From positions 10,520,283 through 10,584,282 of the forward strand of contig OZ316892.1 in assembly GCA_973895155.1 (NCBI GenBank): a stretch of DNA of 64,000 nucleotides. Direction: 5' to 3'. Below the pieces are notes generated by a model, which worked only from the letters and a program-made list of their open reading frames with translations, searched no databases and was not told where the DNA came from. Shown here in pieces: positions 37,331 through 50,991 of the stretch (within the stretch, counting starts at the first letter, position 1; each line of letters begins with the position of its first letter). A program made the translations under genes and the position numbers. Source of the DNA: Marsupella aquatica (Eukaryota > Plantae > Marchantiophyta).

Positions 37331-37864
37331 TCCTTTTTTTAGTATTGCACTTGCTTTTCTTTTTACTCTATTGCACCTTTTGTGTAACAACATGATCTTA
37401 AAAATGTCCGTGACCAAAGGGGTTTGGTCACAAAAGCTGAACTACTCTTTATAATTTGTGACTGATTAGTTATTGTCACCAATACATGAATGTTTCATTA
37501 GTACAGTGATCACTCTCGTGAGGCAGGTTCAAAACTCGGGTCCTGAAATGCTTTGACCCAAATTTGACTCGCAATAGTACAAAAACATGATAAGTTGGGG
37601 TTGCATTTAAATTTGAGAAAAATTAATAAATACAAGGAAAAGATAATTCATTGTAATATGATACCTCAAAATAATATAAGTTTGAAATAGAATTCATACA
37701 TGTAATTTCTATTTGATAAGAGAAAAAATGTATCAAAACCTAAATGTATCTAAAAGACTAACCTAAATTAACCCTAAATTGTCCACCACCTAATCTGAAA
37801 TAAATCATAAAGAATTTAATCTTTTTCTCCTCTCATCGTCAACCTTTCGTTGATGTATATACAA

Positions 37865-38003
37865 ACCAGCATCTGAAGGATGAACACGCTCGTTGGCAAA
37901 ATATTTCTCAAGCAACAAGCATTGTATGCATCGACCAGCATCTAAAGGATGAACACGCTCGTAGGCAAAATATTTCTCAAGCAACAAGCATTGTATGCAT
38001 CGA
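37865..38003. repeat. Near-perfect 69-bp tandem duplication
   Basis: ACCAGCATCT(G/A)AAGGATGAACACGCTCGT...GCATTGTATGCATCG occurs twice. Confidence 0.9.
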
Positions 38004-40029
38004 GAACACTCCATCGATGACAACACAAAGCCAAAGTATATCTCCAACAAAAAAGAGTTGCATCCAAATGTCGGGCCAAATGTACTAGATTAAGTGACTA
38101 TGGGCAGGTCTGTAGCAAATGACTAGGTCATTGCTACCACCGGCTAGAGCAAACTCGCACTAGTCCAAGAGAATACGATAGAAAACTACCTATGAACGAC
38201 CCTAATGATCGAGCGTGTCCCTCCACGACCACCTAGGCAAATGGTAGGTTGCAAGCAACGCTTATGGCGCCGCTTGCCCCAGCAAATGCCTATGAGGTTG
38301 CTTTGGCCAAAAAAAGGCAAAAGAATAAGTAATGAGAGGAGAAGAGAATGAGGAGAATGAACTGAGAGACTCTCCCTTTTATGCTAATCATCTCTAAGTT
38401 CCTAATTAATGTCATACCTAATTTCATTAGCGACTAATTAATATCATACCTAAGCTAATTAAAAGCACACCCACCCATTCTTCTAGAATTACTCAAATAA
38501 AAATCTATATCTATGTTGAAAAATGAGTGAGAAGTCCACAAAAGGAATAAAAACACATTTTTTGTTTTGATGTTGACCCCCCTCTTGCAAGAAAAAGGAA
38601 AGATTTATAAAACCTGAAATCTCTCCGTTCTTTGTCTTTATTGTTCCTCCCCTTAAAAGACCCTTAAACCATTCATCGCTCCCCACTTCTAAGATAGAAT
38701 AGGGGTTAGCTTGTTCGATACACTCAACTAGTGTCTGCCCCCTCTAGCAAGAAAAAAATATAAACAAAGACCATTTTGAAAATCTCTCCCTTAAATACCC
38801 TTAAACCTCTCAGCAATTAAAGAAAAAATTCTGTAAACCCTTATTATTTCTCCCCTTAAAGTAATCCTCCATCCGGGCCAAAAAATAAAAATGTCTCTTT
38901 TTGTCTTTTTGATTTTCCCATTCTTTAAAATACCCTTGATTCTCTATCTGTTTTAATTCTCAAAGATACTTGATTCTAAGCATTCTCAAAGTGTACAAAT
39001 TGAAAACTATTTTGTCCTCACAGCATAGCCAAGGAAGGATAATATAATTTGGAAATTTGTGAGCTCTTCAATCTGGTCTTCAACACTTGACAAAATGTGG
39101 CAATGATAGGCATTTACTTGGGCCCACTACTTGCTATGTGGACTTTGTAGACACCATAGACCTTAAGTTCTTGTCAAGTTAGTTGCTTGGGCATACTACT
39201 TGCCATGTAGGATTGGTAGACACCATAGTTACCCCTTGAGTTCTTGTAAAGTCAACTGCAACCATTTCCACACATTATACACTCAGTTCAGATTTCATCT
39301 CAAAGACAATAAAAAGACAATGGCAGGACCCCAACGTTGTGTACATAAAGCCACGCCTTAGTTCCTAATTAGTGCTGAACTCAGCCCTGTCTGATTGGGT
39401 CTAGAGATAGTAGTCAATGCAAGATTTTATATCATCTCATTATAGGGTCCAGATTTTATCTCAACACCAGAAATGTAAGCAATGGGCCCCCAATGTTGAG
39501 AAAAGCTACCCTTAGTTCCTGATTAGTGCTGAACTCAAGCCTTCTTTTATTGGTTCCACTTAGAAAGTTGTCGATTAACTCCTATAATACACAGTTGCGC
39601 CACTTTTGGTCGTCATTCAAATTTGGAGAGGCTTTTTGAGTGAAGGAAAAGGGAACTGTAAAAAGAGAAAGGAATAAGAGAAAATAACTATGTTTTGTGT
39701 GACATGTTTTTCCAAGCAAGAAAAATACAAATTCTTCCCCTTTACCATCCGTGCTCCTCCCTCTACCATCCATGTCAATCATGCATACAAAGTGCTCCTC
39801 GATCTACCATCCATGCCATACTATGCCCCATGCCATATCATCCATCCAAAGGAACTGCTGCATCTTATCATGAGAGGAGTTTAATGACAAATATGTTACA
39901 TAATCAAGAAAATAGTGCACAATCTAATCAATGAGACAAAGACAAGACAAGAAAAATAGTGAAAAAGAAGGAAGGTTTTAAAAGCAATAAACTACGAAAA
40001 TAATTCTCATTTTGTTGTAGTTTGGTGGT

Positions 40030-40569
40030 AGTTGTCGCCTCTCTTTGTGTCATGACATCTTTCACTCAACAATTTTTTTTACGCAATGAGATCTTGCTAA
40101 CAAAGATATATTTCGCACCATGATATTTTTGAACTACATCTTTAGCACAACCTCATCTATTAGGCATTGATTTCTTTCGCCAAACAATATCTTTTAGTAA
40201 ACTACATCTTTTGTGTAACGACATCTTTCGAGAAACCACATATTTTACTTAACGATATCTTTTATTTACAATATTGTAAATGCAACGACGTATTTACACA
40301 ACAACATCTTTTGTGTAACGGAGACTTGACAACATATATGATTAACATACATCAGTTTATTTATGGACCATTTTGTCCTTAACAACAAATTTATACTTAA
40401 CATCTTTTCTCTTAACGACATCTTGGGTGTAGTGTCATCTTTTGTCTCAACGACATCGTCACATGTCATCTTTTCTCTTAACGACATCTTGGGTGACATG
40501 ACATATTTTCTCTTAACGATATCTTGATCGTCATGCCATCTTTTGTGCAACGCACAGGTATTGAGCTGG
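40030..40569 (+). mobile_element. Non-autonomous Helitron 3' end with subterminal GACATCTT repeats (possible 5' TC at 38504)
   Basis: TGTGCAACGCACAGGTATTGAG-CTGG|T, nearly identical to the end at 23020-23045 and matching the CTRR consensus. Confidence 0.7.
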
Positions 40570-40854
40570 TGCGAGAATATTATTTTGAATGTGGCTCTTG
40601 GAATCCTAGGTGATCTTAATTGGCTGAACTAGGTTCAGCTATGTATTGGGGGCCCCAAAAAAGCCCAGAAGATACTTTTGTCAAAAATATATATGGATTG
40701 CAATACTGGATTTTATAAGGTTTCCCTTGTTCTAAAGTGACCAAAACAAAATACAATGTATTGTATGATGTATATGGTATTTGTATTAAGGGAAGTTCAT
40801 GATGTCTCACGTAGGCAGTAGAAAGAGATGAGTGAACCATTAATGATTTGTCTT

Positions 40855-41135
40855 TTGTGTTTACTTCATTCTTTTATTTTTTTTCACTTTCTCTGTCTTA
40901 AGCTAGGTATATTTAATACTTGCTCTTTATAGGTCAGTCTAATGTCACCAAACCCCTTATGTATTTTGTTCTTTTTCACTTTGTTTGCCTTAAGTTAAAT
41001 ATATTTAATATTTGCTCCTTCAGCCTAATGTGACCAAACCCCTTTGGACTTTTGTTCTTTATCACTTTGTTTGTCTTAAACTAAGTATATTTAATAGTTG
41101 CTCTTTATAGTCCAGCTAAATGTGACCACACAGCC
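40855..41135. repeat. Three-copy ~90-bp tandem repeat upstream of the DnaJ gene
   Basis: tcacttt.t.tg.cttaa.ta..tatatttaata.ttgctc.tt...ctaatgt.acca occurs three times. Confidence 0.75.
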
Positions 41136-41848
41136 TTTGGTCAGGGGCCTAGTTTTGAATGTTGGTCTTGGAATCCTAGGTAATCTTAATATTTGGATCC
41201 CTTATATAGCATGCACGTTAGGGCACGACAGAATGAGTGAATCTGGTATACGGTACATACGATGTACAGTACGACCATTATACTGGTCCAGGCGTTGGCT
41301 TTCTCCCTTTCATTCATTCATTGAGTACGGTTCTTCGTTAATAAGAAGCTGCAAAATTCTTCCCGCCCTTTTCCCTTTCTCCATCGAATTTAGGGCTCCC
41401 GCTCATTCTCTTCTCAAAATCAGTGCTCCTCTTCGAATCCTCACTCTCACCAACGAAAACCCACAAATCTGTGATCCCCTGAATTGCTTCGACGCTTGGA
41501 AGGAGAATTCCGTTGTCCCCATCTTCTCGCTGAGAAGAAGACGAAGAAGAAGAAGCTCTGTTTTTCCTCATTGTGGCGCATCGTCTTTCCTCTTTGGTCA
41601 AATCCTGTCTCCGATCTGCTTCTCGTCCTCCTCGTCCTCGTCGCGAGAGCAATTCGAAAAGCTTCTCGAAGGAGCTTGTGGTTCTGCAGATTTGGGCTCC
41701 GCAGCTGTATTGTAGCTCTCCCCCATCGCCTCTTGTCCAGCTACCGCCTCTCCCTCGCTTACAAGGCGGAGGACGCTTTTCGGCGTTGCCGTTCTGTGGA
41801 AAGCATTGGAGTGGAGGTGCGCATTTTGGTTGGAAGGGCAGCAGCAGC

Positions 41849-44409
41849 ATGGGGAAGAAGAGGCGTCACGCCGCTGACGAGGATGGGGACAATGTGAAGG
41901 ATCTGTATGAGGTACTGGAGTGGGATCGCTGTCCATCTCACCTCTTTGTAGCGCTTTAGATTCCCACATGTTCTTCCGAATCGCTTCAGGACTCGCTTAA
42001 GGAGAGCGTCTTGAAGAGATTCGGATGGGATTGATTCCGGTGGGGTGACTGCCTGCGCGTAGGCGTTGTCGTGGGGCATATGTGCTATAATCTGCATTAA
42101 TCGTCCTCTGGATGATGGGTTGGTCAATGATGCAGGTGCTGGGTGTGGATCGGAAGGCATCTCAGGAAGAGATAAGAAAAGCTTACCACAAGCTCGCATT
42201 GCGTCTCCACCCCGATAAGAACCCTGACGACGAGGTGGGTGGCCTTCCAATTCCTCCCTTACATCGTGAAACTGCAAGAGGGTGAGTAGTATCGAATCGG
42301 ATCCAGGACGACGACAGAACTTCGTAGCATGGTCCTCAAAAACTGCTCCCCTTCGTGCTTGGGACTTGTCTAAGGGCATATGATTGAATTGTGCAGTGAA
42401 TAATTATGGGACGGTCTGGAGCTGTACTGAGATTGTACATATTTCTGCATGCGTTTTGTCATGGGTTGCAGAGTGCCAAGGAAAAGTTTCAATCCCTGCA
42501 GTCTGTGATTGCAATACTTGGCGATCCAGAGAAAAGAAAAGTTTACGACGAGACTGGGTCGATCGAAGATGTGGTAATCCCTCTTACGGCCTCGCCTATT
42601 CCTCTTTGCATCGATTTCGGACAGTAGTGTTTCTCTCTTAGTCCTGATGAGTTTAGATGCCTGTTCTTGTTATCGGTCACTCCACTCGAACTTGCCTCAC
42701 AACTCTTTAAATTGGCAAGCAATCTATCTAATTGAGTGCATTCGATTGCTGTGGGGCAGGAACTGTCAGGAGACACGTTCAAAAATCTGTACCAGTTTTT
42801 CAGATCATTGTATAAGCAGGTTGGTTATCTGGATTTTTATTCTCTTTCACACGTACGCTACAGCTGTATTTATGTTATTCCCCTTTTGCAATTGGTAAAC
42901 GTCATGGGTGAAATGGGACGCCAGTCATTGCTGTCTGTTTTTCCATCGGTGCTACTGTGGTTTACTTTGAGATAGCTCTAACGGTTGGCATTGTAGACTA
43001 CACGTTCTTCCTTAGGCAGGATTCCACCCTGCTGTGCTTCATCTTGTCGACTCTTGTCTAAGAATCTCTGTACCCTAAGCAACTCCGAGGTTTCCCACTA
43101 CCCCGAGTGTCAAGTATAGGAAGTTTCCTAGTCCTAGCTTTACTGTGAATTATCTGGTGGCGCATTCTGGTCCTCTAATGGCATGGCTCCGTTGCCGTTT
43201 ACTGCAGATTTCAGAAGAGGATATAGATGCTTTTGCAACATCATATAGAGGTTCTCAGGCTGAAGCCAGAAACTTGAAGGAAGAATACCGTCGCCGGAAA
43301 GGCAACATGAATTTGTGAGTGATACTATCATAGTCCCGGCTCCTTCAATCTCAACTTTGCGTCTTTATTTTGGACAGCATCACACCAGCAAATTATTTTG
43401 TATGTGACTGTCTGGGCCTTACAATTGTACAGGGAATGTGGAGAAACTGTTTTAGATCTTCTGCAGAGAACTGATAGCATTGTTCTTCGCATTCTGTGTT
43501 TTCCTACAGAGTGTTCACATACATCATGTGCTCGAACCCAAAGCTAGACTCGCACAGATTTATGAACATTATTGATTCTGCAATTTCTGCTGGTAAGTTA
43601 TCCTAAACTTTGGATCGCAAGTCCACCGACATAATCTAGTGCCACTGTTGCTGTCAAGTCAACATTTGGGATCAGTATCGTTCCCATTAAAACAGTTCTA
43701 TATTTACTTTCCGTGAAGATTCGGACCGTAGACCTTGAACTTTGGTTTGAATTTGCGGAAGTTGATCTTTATGTTTTGGGCCCGTTGGAACAGGCGAGTT
43801 GAAGCAGTTCAAGGTCTACAAGAAGTGGGCAGCAGAAGTGTCCAAAACACCTGCACCGCCGAACCCTCTCCCAGAAACGAATAGGTACCTCTCCCGACGA
43901 TTGGCCGTTAGGCTTGGCAAACACTGGTTGTTTCATGCATTCTGATATTTCTCTCTACAGTGGACCATTAAGACTATTCTCCGTGTGCTGGTGTCATGAA
44001 CCGGATTCCTAGCATCGAAACTTACTCTCTTTAGTTGCAATGTGTCCATCCGTTCTCAGAATTTTACAACGGAGACTAATAATCGCTTTGACCTTAGAGA
44101 CTTCTGTTGACAACCCTGGTTAGAGCGTCTATTGTTTACCTCGAATGTAGAAGAGATGAATCAATTGACGGTGTTGTCACTTGCAGGAAAAAGGACAAAG
44201 GTGAGCCTAGCTCCAATCTCTTCGCTCTCATTAGCAGTAGAGGCAGAGACCGGATGAACTCACTGGCATCTGCATTAGAAGCCAAATATGCTGGTGGTAA
44301 AAAGAGTAGAGATTCCAAGTTAGACCATGAGCTTTCAGACGAGGAATTTCTAGCTACTCAGAAAAGGATGATGAAGAAGCCCAAGCACAAGGGAGGCAAG
44401 CAAGACTAA
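41849..44409 (+). CDS. ATJ6: DnaJ/J-domain co-chaperone, ATJ6/DNAJC9-like, 8 exons
   Basis: Exons 41849-41911, 42136-42234, 42472-42573, 42760-42819, 43208-43314, 43510-43592, 43794-43884 and 44187-44409. J-domain [56 protein letters not shown]9-type segments [28 protein letters not shown] and a C-terminal LEAKY...SDEEF. Confidence 0.92.
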
Positions 44410-46538
44410 TCTGGAAGTAGTTTCTTTTTCCTGTATCATAGAACTGTTCATAGTTGTAAAACCACGCTCCACATTTTTTGAGCTGTCGGCAACTTGTAAG
44501 TTTATCAGTTACTAGTGCGCTGCAGAGGTTATCAAGCTATGCTTCTCCCAAGCCTTGTAAATGAAGTTTCATATTGTTTCACGATTCCATAAACAGCTTC
44601 TGTTTCCTTTCTCAAAAGATGACGATGGTGGTTTCTTCATGGATGTTTAGGGTCTCATGAGACCACCTACCATTTAGACTATTGTTCCTAAATGTCACGT
44701 CATCGTTATTCAACCGTTTCCCATGCAACGCATGAAAGAGGGCCTCTAAGATTTACTTCAAGAAAACGGATTCGACGATTCTTGCGACTGATCGGCGCAT
44801 TAGTGTATGAGAAATGTTTCTAGTAACTAGTCTCTAGAGGGCAGAGTATACTGGACAGTGTCTTTTGAGTTGGTCTTATTGCCACAGACCAGGGTTGCCC
44901 CTTAAAGTGTGCATCGATTAATCAACGCATTTTCATTCGCACATGTCCTCAAATCCGGTCAGTATCTACAAAGAATTATCTCCTGCCGCCCCTGCCAGAT
45001 GTGAAGGACAATGTTTGTCAAGCTTTGTCAGAACTGACGACCTCAGTCTGCAGTGATTGTCGGAAACTGAGGCAGTGATCCCACCTTAGACATGCATTGC
45101 GATGTTGCCAAGCACTAAAACAAACTCCACATCTACCACCTAACCTACGGAAGAGGCAGTTGATGTAAATATTCTGGCAATGCGACTAACGGGTCTGATG
45201 CTCATGCAACTCATAGCTCTCATCAGCCAACGCACGATTCAGAAACCTTGACAAGGCCTCTAGATTGTCTTCACTCCGATTTCTATGAGCGAAAGCTGAC
45301 ATCCTTTTAAGTTCCTCAAGCTAGGCTCCCAGGATACTGACGGCAGCTTCTCCCAGGACAAATTCTGCTCGTCAGTCATTGCCGAATGTAATTTCGCGTT
45401 CCGTTGGTAGTCAAGAACTTCCAGACCTCGGACTGGACTGGAAGACAATCAGATTCTCACACCAATCCCGGCTGAAATGAAACAGCTCGCAAAGTACTTG
45501 CAGGAGCAAATGTACTCGATCAGTCTAGAATGAGCAGTAGAGTAGCAGAAATAACTCGTCCAGATTCGACGCCAATGGAATCAAGTCGAGTGGCCTCTGA
45601 ACTGGAACACCCTACTTTTAACTACGAGTTGCTAAAAAGTTTCTCTAACACATAAAAGTTACCTTTCACACCTAGGAGTCCAGCTATCAAGGTCCAGTCG
45701 CACAGGCGAGTAGCCGGCGTCTAATGGCAATTCCGCTACCAAATTCTAGCGACCAAACTCTAGCTACCATGGATCCGGTCGGCTCAAAGAGGCTACTGCT
45801 CAGGCTTATGACCCGCTTTCTATCTTTCTACTTTTCTTCGTGGCATTTGATGCCACCCACAATTCTATGCGAATTGACTCTTTACTCTTGGACGGTTGGA
45901 CCAAAGAGGCAAAACAGAGGGTTACTGATTCTACAAATTCAGTTCTCCTTAATTAACGCTTTCTCCTGACGTCCTGATGCACGTTTTTCCGCTTTCTAGA
46001 CACACCTAGCGGGACTATGTGGGCCGAGAACCGCAATCGTCCAGTAATTGCACATTTTTCAAAAAGTGAGAACATACTGTGTTCCTTGTCATTCCATACC
46101 ATGGTCATATTCTCAGTGTTATTCTAAAAACCTATCTACAGTAGCTGTCAGGTCTGAGTTGCCATTACCGAGACGCGCCGGCAATGCCTGTTCGCGTTGA
46201 ATTGGTTTTGAGCCGGCACTTGATGTGCAACTACCGGGAAGCGAAGGCAATGCCAGAATGCGTGTTCGTGTCGAGTTGGTCTCAGGTCTTGGGCTGGCAC
46301 TGTCACCGAAGCTGAGGGAAGACAAAGGATTGACTTGTTGTACACTTTTTCACTTTTTTAAGAACAAGTATTCCCTAGTTATAGTGACCTGACAGCGGCC
46401 GTTTGAAGTATTTTAATTTGAAGTTAGCCGGTTGTCCGGTTGGCGACAAGTTCAAATTCAGTCTCAAAGTAAACTTGGTCCACTACCGAGGACAAAAGTG
46501 AGAGAGGGCCCAAGACATAGGAGGGAAGGAAGAGAGAG

Positions 46539-46546
46539 TATATAAA
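46539..46546 (+). promoter_or_regulatory. TATA box of LRR gene copy 1
   Basis: TATATAAA lies ~245 bp upstream of the ATG. The paralogous promoter has TATATAG at ~54987. Confidence 0.5.
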
Positions 46547-46784
46547 AAGGGAGGGTCCCTTAGCTAGAATCGATTACATTGTTCCTCCACGTTGATTTGT
46601 TTCTGTGATACTCTTGTGAAGCATTCCTTGCTGCTCAAAGTCTCCATAGACATTCACTACTGAGTCCGATTCCTAAAGCCTGATTGGGTTTTCAGTCTCT
46701 CTCCGTGGATATTGAGCTTGCGAACGTTCGGATAGATCCATCAGTCTATAACAGCCTACAAAGAGCTCATTCACTTGTTGCGGA

Positions 46785-49571
46785 ATGGGATCCCAACGCC
46801 AGGCCACTTGGACCGTTCCCAGCGCTATCCAGGCGGCTTGGTGTTTGATAGTTCTAGCTGCAGTGCCGTGGACTGTTGTGGCTAATACAGAAGGTATGCA
46901 ACGTGAGATACAACTCTAGATGAACTTTGAATGGTTCTGAGCTGAGAATACCCACCAAACAAATTAGGCGGGTGAGTGGGTGAGTGCATTCCAATGCAGA
47001 ACTCCAGGATTGGCTCAAGGTCGCAACTGTGATTGTCTTAGCCCCCTCGAGAAGCGCTAATCTTACTCAATTGAATGTACTGTTGGTATTCTGCGCGAGG
47101 GTGTTGCATAAAATGCCTGGAAGGGATGAGTGGTTTGTTGCCTGGCCACAACCTCTCTAGATAATTTGTCCACGGAGGATGGAACTCATATGTAAGGGTG
47201 ATTAATCCAAGTTAGTTTAGAATCTCAAACTTATGGTCCGAGAAGAACTCACTTTCAGTTTCGGAAGAGACCGTCCCAGTCCTTTGATGGCTTGATTTCT
47301 GACTGATTCTACTTGCCTATGATATATACTACATATGATTGATTGTCCAAGAAACAGCAGGGGTCAAGTTCGGTAATTGCTCCAGATGCCGTCACACATT
47401 TACATGTTTACACAGTGCATCAATTGCTACCTATAATTATGAAAAAGAACGGTTCAACCAACATGCGATCTTCGTTTCACTAAGGAATCTCCTTTTTGGC
47501 ATAGGAACGATCATCGTACTCGTTGTGTTTAGCTAGATGCGCATATTCAATGTTGTCATACTTGGTTGTTCAAGTAATTCCCCGAGACTTCTTGTCAAGC
47601 GATCTAGCTTTGCCTGAGTAGGTCAGAATATACTATTCTACAGTTGAGACTTCACGTTGATTAGTAGCGTCTCGCATAATTGTAAGCAGTCGGCATTGTT
47701 TCCCTAATTGGGTCGTCGTTCGAAACTCTCTTACATTATTGTGGAAAGCAGGCGATGCCCTGCACAGCTTACGCCAAGCTTTAATAGATCCGTATCAAGT
47801 CTTACAAAGCTGGGATCCATCCTTGGTGAATCCGTGCACCTGGTTCCATGTAACTTGCAACGCCGAAAATTCTGTAATAAGAGTGTCAGTTCTAACTCTC
47901 CTTCACTCCCAAATTTGAATAATTCTTTTCTCTTTTTTTTGTGTGCAAGGGTTGTCGACAGAGTCTTAACGTTTCATTTCATGTTTGCCCTCAGGGACCT
48001 CGGCAGCGCAGGCCTTTCGGGCGTCTTAGTGCCTCAACTTGGTCAGCTTTCCCAACTGCAATACCTGTAAGTTTTCCCACAGAATCTGATGCGTACTCGA
48101 GTACATCAATTACTTTCGTGTGAGGTCGATGAATAGCTCTCCATCCATGTTTGTAGGTATCAGGTGCTTTAGGTAGTGATTCTTTCATCTTTTGAGATTT
48201 GGGAAATAAAGGTTATAGTCTGACAGAAATCATAGAGTTTTGTGGATGGTCGCGGAGAGAACTCAGAGATCTGATCCTAGTTTAGTGTTCCTCCAGGGAA
48301 ATGTATAATAACAGCATAAGTGGAGCGATTCCATCGAGCCTTGGAAACCTCACAGAACTGATTAGCTTGGACCTGTATCGAAACATGTTCATTGGGGAAA
48401 TTCCGGTAGCGTGGGGCAGCCTTTCAAAGCTTCAATACCTGTAAGTCATCTCGGACGAGCGCAAGTTCTGATGTTGTGATCAAATGGTCTTGCAATGTCT
48501 TTTGCTCTCCTACGTAGCCAACAAGGTCCAGGTTTCACCTATCTCGGATTTTGTTGAATGGACGTTGTATAATTTGCTCCCAATCTCTGAAGTAGGTCCT
48601 ACTTCAGCCTTGGCGTAGGGTTGTGTTTCCTTCATTCTCTCACGAAGTATGAATGTTCTATCTCCTGCTTTTGTTGGTACCGGGAGACATACACCCAGTG
48701 TATTCTCCATTCTTGAGATAAGAAAGCTCTCGAGGCTTTGATGTTGGAAAGTAGTATTCTCACCCCACACGCAAGTATGGCCTTGCTGGATTACTCATTT
48801 CCATCAAAGCGAAATTTGTAGAGAGGTGGCTGAGTTGAGTTGGTATGTTGGTATATTGTTGAAGCTCTTCTGCTGGTTCTTGCCATTCTAATTGTTGTCT
48901 GGGGGTGGACAGCCGATTAAACACAAATCTTCTTACTGGCTCAATACCAGAGTCACTCACTGGCTTGGACAAACTGAAAGTGCTGTAAGATTCTAAACGC
49001 TTCATCTGTCATTTCTTCAGACATCTCAAGAGTTGTGTTCAATGTAAAGATTTGTCAATAATATGCTGCTAGTTTCATCTTTGCCGCACCGATTCTGTCG
49101 CGCAAGTACATTGTCAGTAATATGGCAGAACATGCGGTTCCTTCTTACCTGGGCTTTATTAACTGATGAGATAATTATTGAAAACTCTGTAGTGACCTAT
49201 CATACAACGATTTGACCGGGGAAATTCCAGTCACTGGCGTGTTTACCAAGTTCACTTACGAGAGGTACTGTTCTAGCCTTTCCCTCCACAAGGGTGTTGG
49301 CTGGGATTCAATGTGACACTAACTGATGTCTGCTCATCTGCTCTACCGTAAGCGAGTTCATATATTACTCTTGTTTATGATGCACTCGAAGCATATTCCT
49401 TGTTTCAAATGATACTGGACGGAGTGAATAGTACAATTGATTCGAGTAGGAGAGAATTGCTGCATTGCTCTACCATTGTCATTTTGTCAAATCAGTTTCG
49501 AAGGCAATCCCGATCTGCATTACCCTGCCTCATTCTTCGCTCCAACACCGGCTCCATCTTCGGGAATGTAA
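46785..49571 (+). CDS. Secreted SERK-ectodomain-like leucine-rich repeat protein (LRR1/LRP-like, no TM or kinase domain), copy 1, 7 exons
   Basis: Exons 46785-46893, 47752-47884, 47995-48066, 48297-48440, 48913-48984, 49193-49264 and 49496-49571. Signal peptide, then [40 protein letters not shown] (LRRNT), then five LRRs in 72/144/72/72-nt exons, ending [25 protein letters not shown]. Confidence 0.9.
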
Positions 49572-50991
49572 ATATGCTGTGAGTGGATTTTAAAGTACGA
49601 GGCGGAAACTTGTCTTTCCCTCTGATTCTTTCATCTCTATTGAGTCTTGCCCTCAAATTGTAAACTTCTAAAATGTCGTAGCTCCATTTCTAGTCTTGTG
49701 CTTGTATGATAGCAACCTAGAACACTCTCGTAGTTTTTGCAACAGTTTTTCTTCCAGACCATAGCCGCTTCAGGAAAACTCTCTCTTTGACTCAACAAAG
49801 ACACATCATCTGAATTTACTTGTTTGGAGGATGAACCTAGGAGGTTGCTTTTCAAGAGAACATCATTGGAATCGACTTTCCATGGCTGTCGCTGTTGTGA
49901 AGCTCACAGCTGCACACTCATGACCAAAAAGTTGGTGTCCTTTTTCCTTGCAGTTGTTACCCTTCCTGGTTTCCCTCTGAGAATGCTACGCAATCGCAGC
50001 TTGCACATCACTTGGGTGAAGACTCCCCTAAAGTCATCACCATAAACCTAAGCGCATGTACAGAATAATGATGTCTCCAAAATCTTATGAATAGGTTCAT
50101 TTGACTCGCTTTTTATAGTGCCAACGTGGAATACATCCACTCAGTCAGGAAGAGAAGGGCCTTGCACATGAGCAAATCTTATTTATAAAGGGCAACTACA
50201 AGCTAGAGTTGGGGCCTAGGCTTGTAGAGTAGCTAGAGTTGGCCTAGGCTTGTAGAGTGAATACTCTCCACAGGAATTCCATGGTTCATCATTTGGATGG
50301 TAAACTCATGACTATAATATATGTCAAATGATAATCATAAATGGTTTTTGTCATGATCTTTATTTATATTAGAAAATGAGCTCTCTGGCCCACCATATAT
50401 ATGTGCATAGAAAGAGGTATGTGCATAGAAAAGAGTATGGTATGTTATGTATGATTCTTAGGGTTGACATGTATGATGGTTTTTTTATCATTTCATTAAC
50501 CTTCACAAAATATGATTAAGGAATATATTTTTGTGACAGTTTTAATATACTCCCGGCTATTCATATTCAAAGAACTGGTAATGGGGGCTAGTTACTATAC
50601 AAACTGTTCTAAGGGGCACTTTACTAGACCATGAGGTAATTTGAGGCAAAATATCCCCTCTTCTAGTGCTCATTTCAGGATCATGCCAAAATATACTAAC
50701 CAGACCAAAAACCCAGGCCATTTGAGTTTTGGTATTGCCATTTTGAATGGGAGATTGTTACATTGTGGAGTGAACAAAACTTTGAATCTCCTTTGGAGGT
50801 GGTCCAATCTTTTGGCACAAAGTTCTCATCTTATATGCTTACCGGCTCTCACCCCATTCCAGGTACGGCTTGGGATAAGATTTGGATTCCCAAGCTCTAA
50901 ACTACCTATGATGGTCTTATACGAAGAAATGTGGCTGATTGAATGATTGTTTCTAAGGGCTCATCTAAACAGTCATTATAATATGCAATCA

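Noticed and set aside
17000-41000. Diterpenoid biosynthetic gene cluster around CPS/KS
   Set aside because: No P450, 2-ODD, reductase or GGPPS exons were recognised in the flanks, which are repeat-rich.
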